Source: Sphyrna mokarran (lineage: Eukaryota). Taken from it: a DNA stretch of 64,000 nucleotides. This document shows positions 38,140-48,810 of the stretch, piece after piece (positions within the stretch are counted from its first letter, which is position 1; each line of letters opens with the position of its first letter). The stretch covers positions 17,918,001 to 17,982,000 of the forward strand of contig JAGIQG010000014.1 in the NCBI GenBank assembly GCA_024679065.1, given 5' to 3'. The notes beneath the pieces were generated by a model that worked only from the letters and a program-made list of their open reading frames with translations, was not told the origin of the DNA and made no database searches. The translations under genes were made by a program, and so were the position numbers.

Positions 38140-38420
38140 GACAAAGAACATAGAAAATTACATCACACAAACAGGCCCTTCAGCCCTCCAAGCCTGCACC
38201 GACCATGCTGCCTGATTGAACTAAAACCCCTTACCCTTCTGGGGACGCTATCCCTCTGTTCCCATCCTATTCATGTATTTGTCAAAATGTCCCTTAAAAG
38301 TCCCCAGGCAATGAGTTCCACTGCTCTCTGTGTAAAAAAATCTGCCTCGTACATCTCCTTTAAACCTTGCCCCTCACACCTTAAACCTATGCCACTAGTA
38401 ATTGACTCTTCCACCCTGGC
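38140..38420 (-). mobile_element. CR1 LINE 3' end
   Basis: Tail AACAGGCCCTTCAGCCC..GCCTGCACCGACC and TTAAACCTATGCC-CTAGTAATTGAC; reverse complement of the 46121-46598 family. Confidence 0.85.
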
Positions 38421-38562
38421 CTTTCGCTGCTAATAGATCAATTGAGGGAAAATCACTGATGGGTGATGGTTTCCCAAACCATGTAGGATGGGAACTCCCA
38501 TTTGATTCTGACAGTGGGGCCCTGACCCAACATTTTGCCAATATTTCAGCCCAATGACAGCT

Positions 38563-38680
38563 CTGATAAAAGGTCATTAATTTCAAACGCCACCTTTGTT
38601 TCTACTTTCACAGATGCTGCCAAGTTTGTTGAATATTTCTGTTTTGTTTTCAGACGTCCAACATTGGAGTATTTTGCTGT
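38563..38680 (+). mobile_element. old copy of the second hammerhead-type family
   Basis: TCTGATAAAAGGTCA..TTCAAACG..CACAGATGCTGCC..TTTCTGTTTTGTTTTCAGA..AGTATTTTGC is colinear with the right arm at 45211-45318. Confidence 0.6.
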
Positions 38681-39223
38681 GACATTCAAATAGAATTGTG
38701 CTTCTAAAGGATTTTCTACTGACACTGACCTTATTACATAACAGATGTAGCAGTGAGGAACTCAGAACAGAAAGCTCTGGAATTTGAACCTTTGTCTTTC
38801 CGGTATTAGCCGCTCTCAGCCAGGGTATCAAATATCAATGCCACAGTTGATATTAGCACTCATAGACTAGGGGAAGAGAATGGCCAATCCTGCTGGACAA
38901 TGTAGCTTTATGGACATTGTATGCAACTTGGGGCTCTGCAGTGACACATTCTTTGCACCACCCAGCTCTACATCATTTGTCTAATAGCTTGGCAATGGTT
39001 GTTCTTATGTCACACTTGAAGAGCATCTACTGAGATCAGATATTAGAGGAATAGCACTTACTTTAGGGAGAAAATTAGAGTCTAAAGGAGAACATTTACA
39101 TTGCCCCTAGTTAGATAATGACTGGAATTTTCCAGCCTGGCCCTCCCGCTGCTCCTGAGTTTTCCTACGGTGGAGGTGACTCACCATTGGCTGCTGGTGG
39201 GATCTTCTGGGTCCACTAAAGTC

Positions 39224-39388
39224 ATGATGTAGAGATGCCGGTGTTGGACTGGGGTAAGCACAGTAAGAAGCCTCACAACACCAGGTTAAAGTCCAACAAG
39301 TTTATTTGGTAGTTCCGAAAGCTTGTGGGTTTACTATCAAGTAAGCTTGTTGGATTTTAACCTGGTGTTGTGAGACTTCTTACTGTGC
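39224..39388. mobile_element. Penelope-derived fold-back mini-element
   Basis: Inverted arms GCACAGTAAGAAGCCTCACAACACCAGGTTAAAGTCCAACAAG / CTTGTTGGATTTTAACCTGGTGTTGTGAGACTTCTTACTGTGC, with TSD CCAC(T/C)AAAGTC at 39213-39223 and 39389-39399. Confidence 0.85.
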
Positions 39389-39664
39389 CCACCAAAGTCT
39401 ACAGCATTTTGCATGGCTTGCTTGAGCTGACAGGGAACCCTTTGGAGGGTGGGGAGGGAGGGAACATTGTATCCAATGTGTTTGCAACAAATCACAGGGT
39501 TCACACCCTGAATTTACCCCAGACAAAGCACTATGCTTAAATACCTTCGGTATTTACTTGTTTAATAGAGGCAGCAAGTATCCTATTTATTTTACATATG
39601 TCAGCACCTTAACATTGCGACTTTGAAACTGAATATGATGTACATTTTTACATTGAATATATTC

Positions 39665-39830
39665 ACCTTGTGACTCTCTTACCTGTGAGTTGGAAGGTTG
39701 AATGTTCAAACTGTATTCCCGAGACCTGCTCACATAATCTACTTTGACACTTGACTGGAGTATTGATGGAATGCTTCACTGTTGGAGCTGCTGTCTTTCA
39801 GATGATGATGTTAATTTGAAGCTCTCAGAA
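39665..39830 (+). mobile_element. Deu-domain SINE 5' part (tail remnant at about 40095-40190)
   Basis: Head ACTCTCTTACCTGTGAGTTGGAAGGTTG..TTCAAAC, then CTGTTGGAGCTGCTGTCTTTCAGATGA. Confidence 0.55.
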
Positions 39831-40578
39831 GCTTTACCAATCCTACAGAACCTTTATGGGGAGTCGCTGATTACTCAAAATTCCTCTTGGGGACACTGCT
39901 GTGAGCAACACGCAGAGGAAAATTGCAGGGCAATAGAAGAGCAATGCTTATTTGTTTAGTCCGAGAAATTTTCTCTATTAATTAAGACAATGTCAGAGAT
40001 GCAAAAAAAGTGGGTCAATTGGAGGTGGGAAGCTGGGAGGTACTGTGATGAAATCTTCCAGGAATATGTCCAATCAAAGTTAGTGAACCTATCTCTCATT
40101 TCCTAGTTGCTGCCTGGTGGGATCTTGCTGACTGGAAAGCACTTTGTGAAGTCCTGAGTTAATGAAAGATGCTATGTAAATGCAAGCTTTTCCTTAAACC
40201 TCTGGTTAATGATGGTCATGGTGACAGGAGAGTTGTTGCTCTCTGTTTTGCTGGCATATCTTGAAAGCTACTGGAGACGTTGATTGTATTGAACTATCCT
40301 GACAGTTTTGTGACTGGGTCCATCATAGGAATGAATCAGACAGATCGGAAAGGAGACGATTTACCCATGTTATGCTTATTGATCTCAGCTTATGGTATTG
40401 GAAGATCAATATTAATCTTGGTGTCCCTTGGAGAGGGATGGAAAAATCAGCCAAAACTCCCACTCCTATCTTTATGTGAACACTAGTTTGAGACTGATTT
40501 GGGCTTGGATGTGATGTTATACGTGGTAGAATTACATGTGGGGTTTTACTCTTTAAGCTCACACAGACCATATGCATT

Positions 40579-40889
40579 AAGTTTTTAAAGTTTATTAAAG
40601 TCACAAGTAGGCTTACATTAACGCTGCAATGAAGTTACTGTGAAAACCCCCTGCTTGCCACAGCCCAGTGCCTGTTTCAGGTACAGTACGGGAGAATTTA
40701 GCATGGCCAATTCACCTAACCAGTACATCTTTTGGACTATGGGAGAAAACGGGGCACCCGGAAGAAACCCATGCAGACACAGGAAGAACATGCAAACTCC
40801 ACATAGACAGTGACCCAAGCCGGGAGTCCAATTCAGGTCCGTGGTGCTGTGAGACAGCGGTGCTAACTACTCTGTCACCCATGCTGCCC
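40579..40889 (-). mobile_element. HE1-like V-SINE, tail-B variant
   Basis: Head and V-core on the minus strand. The tail (+ strand AAGTTTATT..GTCACAAGTAGGCTTACATTAACGCTGCAATGAAGTTACTGTGAAAA) is the same as at 9935. Confidence 0.9.
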
Positions 40890-41844
40890 AAGTGGGGAAG
40901 GCAGTTGTGGGACAGTTCTTTTCCAATTTGAATCAGTGTCTTCAGAAATAGAAGGGATGTGAAAATAGTCAAAATCTACTTTTTCAGATTATTAATGGTA
41001 AATGGTTGCCTCTGCACACTTGGTGTGAACCTATTGTGCGCATCTGATTGTCACACTTCATCAGTGTTAGAGACTGTCCTCAGCCTTTTTGGATCAATAT
41101 CTGCAGCAGGCACTGGAATGTTGTAGAGCTAGTTGACTTTTCTAGATTTCCTGATAGACAATGGCTGAAGCAAAGTTGGTTGGGCACCATGAAATGGTCA
41201 CTGACTCCTGACCTCCCAGCTTCTCAAGAGTCATTGTGACATCAATTAAAGTGTCATCACCAATTTACCACCTTTGCACAGACATTGACTGGTAAAGAAG
41301 ATAAGGTGCCAATCAATTCAGTGTGACTCCGCCAGGCAGTCAGAGATGGCCAAATGCAACAGCAAGTTACAAACTTGCTTTGAATTATTTGTTGCTATTA
41401 ATATTGGGGATGTCTTAGTGTTACATACATGTTCAACCAATATATCTCATTGAATAAAGCCCTGACAATTGCACATCTGTTTTGTTCGCTATCCTAATAA
41501 TTGCAACTATGATAACTGTGTGATAGCTGCGATGAATCACCACAAAATGGGTTTTATGAAGACAATGATAAAGCATTCCTGCTTAGAAAGAGAAATCTTC
41601 GTTTTCAGTGGGAAGAAAGAACAGTACTATTAATGTGTCAGTGATGTTACACAATTATTGATGGAGAGAATATTGTTCCTAAAGAGTGTAGCTGACAGTT
41701 ACATGTTCAATTATAAGGGGCACTCATTGAACAGGACTCTATCTAAAGCATATTGTATTGCTAAAGCGTGGCTTTTTATTTAATAAATATGGTGTTTGTC
41801 TGGAATGAAAGTTACAGAACCATAAAAACAGCCATAGAAACTTA

Positions 41845-42245
41845 ATGCCTTTCAAAATTTCTCGCATTGGAGTACTTTTGCGATTTGGTTGCAATTGTAA
41901 TGGAGAAAATGTGTGAATTTATATACGGCAAGGTCTCAAAAATGCTCTCTGCAATGTCCTACCAAGCCACCCAGGGCAACTAGGAATGGCCACTAAATGC
42001 TGACCCAGTCAGCGATGGCCACATGTCATGAATGAATTAAACACTGAGGATATTTTTCCTGCGCTTTTTTAATAGAGTGCCTCAGAATCCTTCCGTTCTT
42101 CATGAAAGGAGCAAAATGGCCTCAGATTTAAAATGAAAAATGGTGCCTCCAACAATGCAGCACTCCATTGGAGTAACAGTGCAGATTATTATCAGGTCCC
42201 TGGAGTAGGACTTGAACCCACAACCTTTTGACTTAGAGGCAGAAA
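41845..42245 (-). mobile_element. Deu-domain SINE with a nested SINE/LINE tail at about 41940-42040
   Basis: The + strand shows GCCTCCAACAATGCAGCACTCC...GGACTTGAACCCACAACCTTTTGACTTAGAGGC. The nested piece is AGGGCAACTAGGAATGG..AAATGCTGACCCAGTCAGCGATG..ATGAATGAAT. Confidence 0.6.
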
Positions 42246-43884
42246 CTTCAAAAAATGGGGAGGGGGTGGTGGGTTTGGTTGCAGCCTGTGAGACCTGGGA
42301 TTAATTAGTGGGGATGATTCCCAAAGCATTTCTGTCACTAGGAATGCTTCCCAAGAATAGGCTGAGATTCAGATCAGTGGCCAACCACATGGAAGCAGGC
42401 AGCCAAATTAAAGAATTGACCAATATTATATGCCATTTTTTTGGGGATTTTGACAATTTGCAGGTGATGGGACATCCTTGCTGCATGCGGAGGCTACCAG
42501 CTTCATGGAGGTGGCCTCTCTGCACCAGCCATCGGGCTATCAGAACTGGTGGGTCCATGTCCCACAGAGGAGGCTACGTGGAGAAAAGGCAGCCTTCCCC
42601 CGTGTCCCGCTATTCCATTTCTCCTTCATCCCTCAGCTACTGGAATATTAAAATTCCCCCTCTGAGGCCACTTCCAGTCTGAAGCATCCTCACATTCTCC
42701 AATCTGCCCCAGCATTGTCCACTCCTGCCAAGGCTTCAGAACTGGTGGTCCTCTGGTCTGACAGCATCTGCTTTCTGCACACTGGTTTGCTCCTACTGCC
42801 CATAATGTAGACAGAGATCCCCCGTTTGATACTGATGCCTGTGGTAAAATCAGCCCCACTGTGTCAGAACAGGGTTGAAAGTTCAATCCCAGACTCCTGA
42901 AAGGATAAAGAAAATGGAAATTTTCACTTCTGATTACGATTCAATGACAACCACAATTTCTGCCCCATGCCCTGCACAAGACAACAGAGGAGCTTAATGT
43001 CAGGTCAGGACAGATTCAGATCCAGCAGTCGTGCCCCTTCTTGTCTCCTTCCAACTGAACTGCTCATTTCTCACTATCTCGACCCACAATATCAATGGAT
43101 ATTGGGTGTTGTTCGAGACAGACGTTAGAACATACACAATGCCACTGAGAAGGGGAAATGTGGACTCTGGAGTATGGGGGTTTGATATTGAAGCACTAGA
43201 GGTAGAACATTCCTTATTCCCAAAATAAGGGCAAAAAACTAAATACCAGAAATTCACAACAGGTCTGCCAAAGTCAGAATCGGAAAATCTGGGTTAATCT
43301 ATTCAGTGTTCGTTCAAAGACTCGCCAACTGAAATGTGAGCTTGTTCACAGTTACTGATACCATTTTCTGTTCCTCTTTCCAATTTCCCCCTCCCACAGT
43401 TAAAGTGCCTGCTTTAGAACAAGAAAGATTGTGAGCCCTACAGAGTGAGATAAATTCAATTTAGATAATGTCATGTTATGGGGATTGCTCACAAGTTGGG
43501 TAAAAGTGTTTGTCAGCGGAGGTGTTGGGGAAGAGGGGGAAGAAAACTTGCTTTTACTGAGAACTTCATCTTAGGCAGTATATAATTTGCAGCATACATA
43601 AATTACTATTGATGTGGATGTGTTTTAATGGAATTGACAAAAATCAGAGACAGCCCAGAGGCTATGTAGGGGCCCCTATGTCAAAGGTTAATTGTGGGAG
43701 GAGGCTATACCTTTCTGAATTATATTGAGTGGGATACTTTGCAAACATCTGATTCCAAAACAAGAATTTTGTTTTAGTGTCTTCTGTTAATGTGCAAGTT
43801 TAAAGCCAATCTGTTGAGGGAGATTGGCTGTATTTGGCAAAGGATTTTCTTTTCCACAAATGGGCTTAAAAATAATCTGGACTG

Positions 43885-44232
43885 CTATTTCAGTGCACTA
43901 TTGATGGAGTGCTGAGCTGTCAGAAATGCCAGCTTCCAGACAAGATGCAAAACTGAGGCACTCTCAACCACCTTCTCATCATGGGTGTAAATGATGCCCA
44001 CGCAATACTAGGAGAAGATTGGGGAGGGGTGGGGTGGTAGTTATCCCCCGTACCCTAGCCAGCATTCATCCTCAACCAACACTTGAAACAAATCATCTGC
44101 TGTTGGTAGGAGATTGCTGCACAAGGATTTGTTGCTATACTTTCCAACTGCACAATGCTTTAAAACGTGATCTATTGGCTGCAGAATGCTTTGGCGTTTG
44201 GTGGTTATGAAAGGTGCTGTGGAAATGCAAGT
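43885..44232 (+). mobile_element. Deu-domain SINE, 5'-truncated
   Basis: CCTAGCCAGCATTCATCCTCAACCAACAC..ATTGGCTGCAGAATGCTTTGG..TGAAAGGTGCTGTGGAAATGCAAG. Confidence 0.7.
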
Positions 44233-44739
44233 TTTTTTTATTGTTATGGTGCTTTTTTTGCTCCATTCATTGAAGGCACATTTTCACAGACACTTCACAA
44301 TACATCTTAATTATTGGGATTTTCCAGGGTTTTTGACTATAAAGTGGTGGGGCATTATGTCGAAGTACTCAAGCCCATGCCCCATCATGTCCTTGTTCAA
44401 TGCCTACCCATATACTCCTTCTAGCATTCAAGAGATTGAAACCTTGATTGATATTTTTCTTTCATCAATCCAACTGTACTGAGGCCAGTTGTCATGTTGC
44501 TCCCATTAGCTTGGTTATGATTAGTATAGATAAGAGATTGAACTGGGGCCTTCTGGATCTGTGTACTTCCAGTGTCACACTGGGCAGTACAAATAAAACA
44601 TAGCATTATAGATAGCTAGATTTTTTTATTGTGGAGGATAATCTAGTCAGCCTTGGATATTACTTGTAGCAGAACCAAAAGGGACGTAGTTCCTTCTCTG
44701 TAAGACTTCCAGTTTTCCAATACCAGTTAGGTTCCAGTA

Positions 44740-44925
44740 GGTTTAGTTCAGTTGGTTGTATAATGATCTAGAGCAATGCCAACAGCATGAGGTTAATTCC
44801 CAAATTGACTGAGGTTATTCTCAACATTGCCCCTTGCCTGAGGTGTGGTGATTCTCAGGTTAAATTAGCACCATTCAAGCTCTCCTTCCAGCCTATGGTC
44901 ATCTGGGACAATGCAACTTTACTTT
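44740..44925 (+). mobile_element. short tRNA-headed SINE-like remnant (third family)
   Basis: A-box-like TAGTTCAGTTGGTT, B-box-like GGTTAATTCCC, and terminal ACTTTACTTT repeats. Confidence 0.4.
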
Positions 44926-45116
44926 AAGTTTCCATTACAAGTTGACCCTATTTAACTTACCAGGAAAGTCTACCATGACATAAAAATCAACCTAGGCAGT
45001 CAAGAAAAGTAAAAATCAACCAAGATACCTTGCTGCTAATTGCAAAACCAGCACTTATTCCAGAATGATACTACACAATCAGCAAGGATATAATCAGGGT
45101 TGGTCATGACTTAAAC

Positions 45117-45318
45117 AAAAACAGAAAATACTGGAAAATCTCAGCAGTTCTGACAGCATCTGTGGAGAGAGAATAGAGCTAATGTTTTAAGTCTCAATGA
45201 CCCTTCATCAGGATCATCCAGACTTGGAACATTAATTCTGTTTCTCTCTTCATGATATCAGACCTGCAAAGATTTTCCATTTTTGTTTCAGATTCCAGCA
45301 TTTGCAGTAATTCACATT
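45117..45318. mobile_element. palindromic mini-element of the second hammerhead-type (probably Penelope-related) family
   Basis: The left arm 45117-45211 is the inverse of the right arm 45211-45290. The minus strand carries CTGATGA-AGGGTC-ATTGA-GACTT-AAAA-CA-TT, a hammerhead core with GAAA mutated. Confidence 0.7.
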
Positions 45319-45580
45319 TATTTCAACCATGGTGTCTTCCACTGTTGCATGACCCATTGGCATTCATTATATGTCGCAGTGCTGAGGTCACTCAGGGTGT
45401 AGTGTATTTTATATCTCAGAACTATGCAGTGATGCCTCTAATTTTTTTGTGCGCAGGAACTTTATTTCCAAGAATTTTACACGTGGCTTTAAAATGTGCG
45501 CTCCATGCTTCTAATTCTTTCTTTCCACTCTTCAGATTTATTTACTTTTCCCTGAGTCCACTCGCAGGCTTAACCAATCA

Positions 45581-45771
45581 AGTAAGAAGTCTCACAACAC
45601 CAGGCTAAAGTCCAACAAGTTTTTTTGTTCCAGAACTCTCCACTCACCTGACGAAAGGGCAAACCCTGAAAGCTTGTCGGTTTACTATCAAATAAACTTA
45701 TTGGACTTTAACCTGGTGTTGTGAGACTTCTTATTGTGTTTACCCCAGTCCAATGCCAGCATCTCCACATC
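45581..45771. mobile_element. Penelope-derived fold-back mini-element with a full hammerhead core and 14-bp TSD
   Basis: Inverted arms at 45581-45622 and about 45692-45735, with TSD CTTAACCAATCAAG at 45569-45582 and 45771-45784. Confidence 0.87.
45644..45678 (+). ncRNA. minimal type I hammerhead ribozyme motif
   Basis: TCAC-CTGACGA-A-AGGG-CAAA-CCCT-GAAA-GC-TT-GTC: intact core, 4-bp stem II, palindromic AAGCTT in place of stem III, predicted cleavage after 45675. Confidence 0.7.
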
Positions 45772-45919
45772 TTAACCAATCAAGCGCAGTGAGCATCAAT
45801 AACAAACAGACTCACTTAATCAAACACAAAATATTTTGAACAATTGAATACTACACAGGGACTGTACATTGATCTTCACAGAAAAACAAGGAGAACCCAG
45901 AATTTTATAAATAATGACG

Positions 45920-46682
45920 TACAGTACAGAAGCAAGCAAATTACCATAAACCTGTTATAAAAAATTTGTTTGGATTCACCTGGAGGATTGTGATCAGTTC
46001 TGAACACCACACTTTAAGAAGGACGTGAATATATTGGAGAGGCTGCAAAAAAGATTAAGGGGAACTGCTCCAGGGATAAGAAACTTCAGTTATATGGATA
46101 AATTGGGAAAGCGGGGACTAAGGAGCAGGATACAGAAAAGGTTTACCAGAATGTTTTGAGAGTATTAGCCATGAGGAAAGTTTGGACAAGCTTGATTTGT
46201 TTCACTTTAATGTTGGAGGCTGAGGGCCGACCTGATAGAAGTTTACAAAATTATGAGACAAATGAATAGAACGGTAGTCTTTTTCCCAGGGTAGAAATGT
46301 CAATTACTAGGGGACATAGATTTAAGGTAAAAGGGGGAAAGTTTAAAGGAAATGTGAGAGGCAAGTACTTTACATAAAGGGTGGTAAGTGCCTGGAATGT
46401 GATGCCAGAGGAGGTGGTAGAAGCAGATACAATAACATCATTTGAGAAACATCTTAAAAGACACATACATAAGCAGGGAATAGAGAGATGCAAGCTGATT
46501 AGAGGCAAAATGTCTTTAGTTTAAAAAGGTGTCATGAGTTGGTGCAGGCTTGGTGAGCCGAAGACCTGTTCCTGTGCTGTACTGATCTTTGCTCTTTGCT
46601 AGATAAGTTGCACATGGAGAGAGCCAATAAAGATAAGATGGGCCGAATGGCCTTCTTCTGCATTACAACAGTTTGATGATTC
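45920..46682 (+). mobile_element. old CR1 remnant (45920-46120 and 46600-46682) with a younger CR1 3' end (46121-46598) inserted
   Basis: There are two CR1 tails in tandem (CCGAAGACCTGTTCCTGTGCTGTA and ATGGGCCGAATGGCCTTCTTCTG), and the ORF2 segment LE..Q.RF occurs twice. Confidence 0.75.
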
Positions 46683-47002
46683 CATAAAAGGACAATTTGA
46701 AAATATTACTTGTGGAAATGTACTCGACAAGAGCAAATGTATTGTCTTTCTGACGGGCATGCCTGCACTCACTTGACACAAGAACCTTACACACTTTAAA
46801 CAGATCCATCTTAATATCACCTCGGGAGTAGGTTAGAATTTGATCAATCTTTGCAAGGTTTTGGCAGAAAGTGTAAAAAGATGTAGTTCATTGACTTGGA
46901 AAAGGGGCATTAACTAGAGGGAAAATAAAAACATGCAAAAGAATATAGTAAATCTGTATAATGCACGAGAAGCAATACTTCTCACTGTATACTAATGCAT
47001 GC

Positions 47003-47314
47003 GGCAGCACAAAGGCGCAGTGATTAGCACTGCTGCCTCACAGCACCAGGGACCCAGGTTCAATTCCAGCCTCAGGTCACTGCTTGTGTGGAATTTGCAC
47101 TTTCTCTGCATGTCTGTATGGGTTCCCTCCCACAGTCCAAAGATGCACAGGTAAAGTGGATTGGCCATGCTAAATTGACCCTAGTATCAGGGGATTAACA
47201 GGGTAAATATGTGGGATTATGGGAAGAGGGTGGATTTGTGATTGGTTGCAGACTCAATGGGCCAAATGGCCTCCTTCTGCACTGTAGGGATCCTACGATC
47301 CCATCCTATCCTAT
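47003..47314 (+). mobile_element. HE1 V-SINE inserted in a Rex1-type tail
   Basis: Complete head, V-core and CR1-type tail. The flanks 46955-47002 and 47315-47340 rejoin into a Rex1-type 3' UTR. Confidence 0.9.
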
Positions 47315-47356
47315 AATGTGACAATAATAAATCAAATCAAACAAAAATCTGAGGTT

Positions 47357-47598
47357 GCACATCAACTGACTCAAGAACAGCTTCTTCCCTGCTACCATCA
47401 GACTTTTGAAAGCACCTACCTTATATTAAGCTGATCTTTCTCTACACCCTAGCTATGACTGTAATGCTACATTCTGCAACCTCTCCTTTCCTTTTTATCC
47501 TATGTACTCTATGTACGATATGCTTTGTCTGTATAGTGCGCGAGAAACAATATTTTTCATTGCATCCCATTACATGTGACAATAATAAATCAAATCAA
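47357..47598 (+). mobile_element. Rex1/Babar-like LINE 3' end
   Basis: CTCAAGAACAGCTTCTTCCCTGCTACCATCAGACTTTTG encodes LKNSFFPATIRLL (Rex1 ORF end NSFFP-AIRLLN). The 3' end is TGTGACAATAATAAATCAAATCAA. Confidence 0.8.
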
Positions 47599-48554
47599 GT
47601 AACAGTCTACTTGAATTATATGTCGACTACAGTAACTTAGAGAATGGGAACAGGGGGACTGAAATAAGGAAATTTATTGATTTCTCAAGTGTAGAGCTTG
47701 GAAGTGCTGTGCGACAGCCTGTGTCGTGATTGTTTTCTTAAAGCTGTTTGTTTCGGTGCTGACTGACAGGTGCTATTGATTTTCTTAGTACTCTGCCGTC
47801 ATCAGTTCTGAGCAGCACAGTCGGCCATATGTCGAGGTCAGAATGAGCCAGGGGTTCAGTCAGGCAGGTACCGCCAGGACCTGAGTGAAGGGCCGCTGAA
47901 GGAAAATCAATCATGTCATAAGTGGGAAGCGTCAGAGCAGTCTCCCTGTATGACGGGGGTCCATCAGGGCTGTCTGAACAAGGCTGAACACTCAAGTGGT
48001 GGAGAACTGTCAAGTCAGGCTTGGCGAAAAAGCTTTCAAAAGCCACTTAACCCACCAAAGACTCTCCTTGCTAATATTTCTGTGCCCACTCAGTGGATAT
48101 GACAGAATATGTACAGTCTTGTTTGCTCGCAGAAGCAGCAACGTACAAATAAGCTGAAGTTCAGATTTCAGAAAGAGTTTAAGCAAAGACACTAATTGGA
48201 GAGGACAGACTTAAAGCGGGAAAGGATCCCACCATCATTAATAAGGCCAGCTAGATGCTGGCTATCACAAAAATGTCACATTTAAAAAACAAACAGTTCG
48301 TAATGTGTGGTTAACTTTTAACAAGCTTTTCAGATCTGCAATTATTCTATTTTGAATGTTTTTATTGAAACAGTTAGTGTTAATTATGTTATTGGGGGAC
48401 TTGGCTGTAAGGAGTTTCTGAGCCTGGCAGTCTGAGAGAACTGTATTAACATCAACAGAGATAGAGTCATTATCATAGGAAGTTGGTACATTGCAAATAG
48501 TAATTCTTAGATTTGCATCTATTCTTATAACTATTTTTCTCTTCATACCAGATG

Positions 48555-48810
48555 CAGTAACCCCTCTATACAGAAATTTGTGTTACTGGCTGTACCTCTA
48601 CTGATATGAATCCAGCTCCCTCACACTCTTACTCAGTAACCCCTCTTTATAGGACATTGTGTTAATGACTGTACCTTTACTGATATGAATCCAGCTCCCT
48701 CATACTGCCATCAGTGAATAATCCCCTCCCAACCAGCACCCCTGAGTTACTGACTGCATCTGAAAGTGAATCCAGCTGCCACATATTATTAGCGTAGTGA
48801 ACTCCTCTCA
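48555..48810 (+). repeat. about 79-bp tandem repeat (about 3 units)
   Basis: Units start at 48555, 48634 and 48712. The first two share CAGTAACCCCTCT..TGTGTTA..CTGTACCT.TACTGATATGAATCCAGCTCCCTCA; the third is more diverged. Confidence 0.85.
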
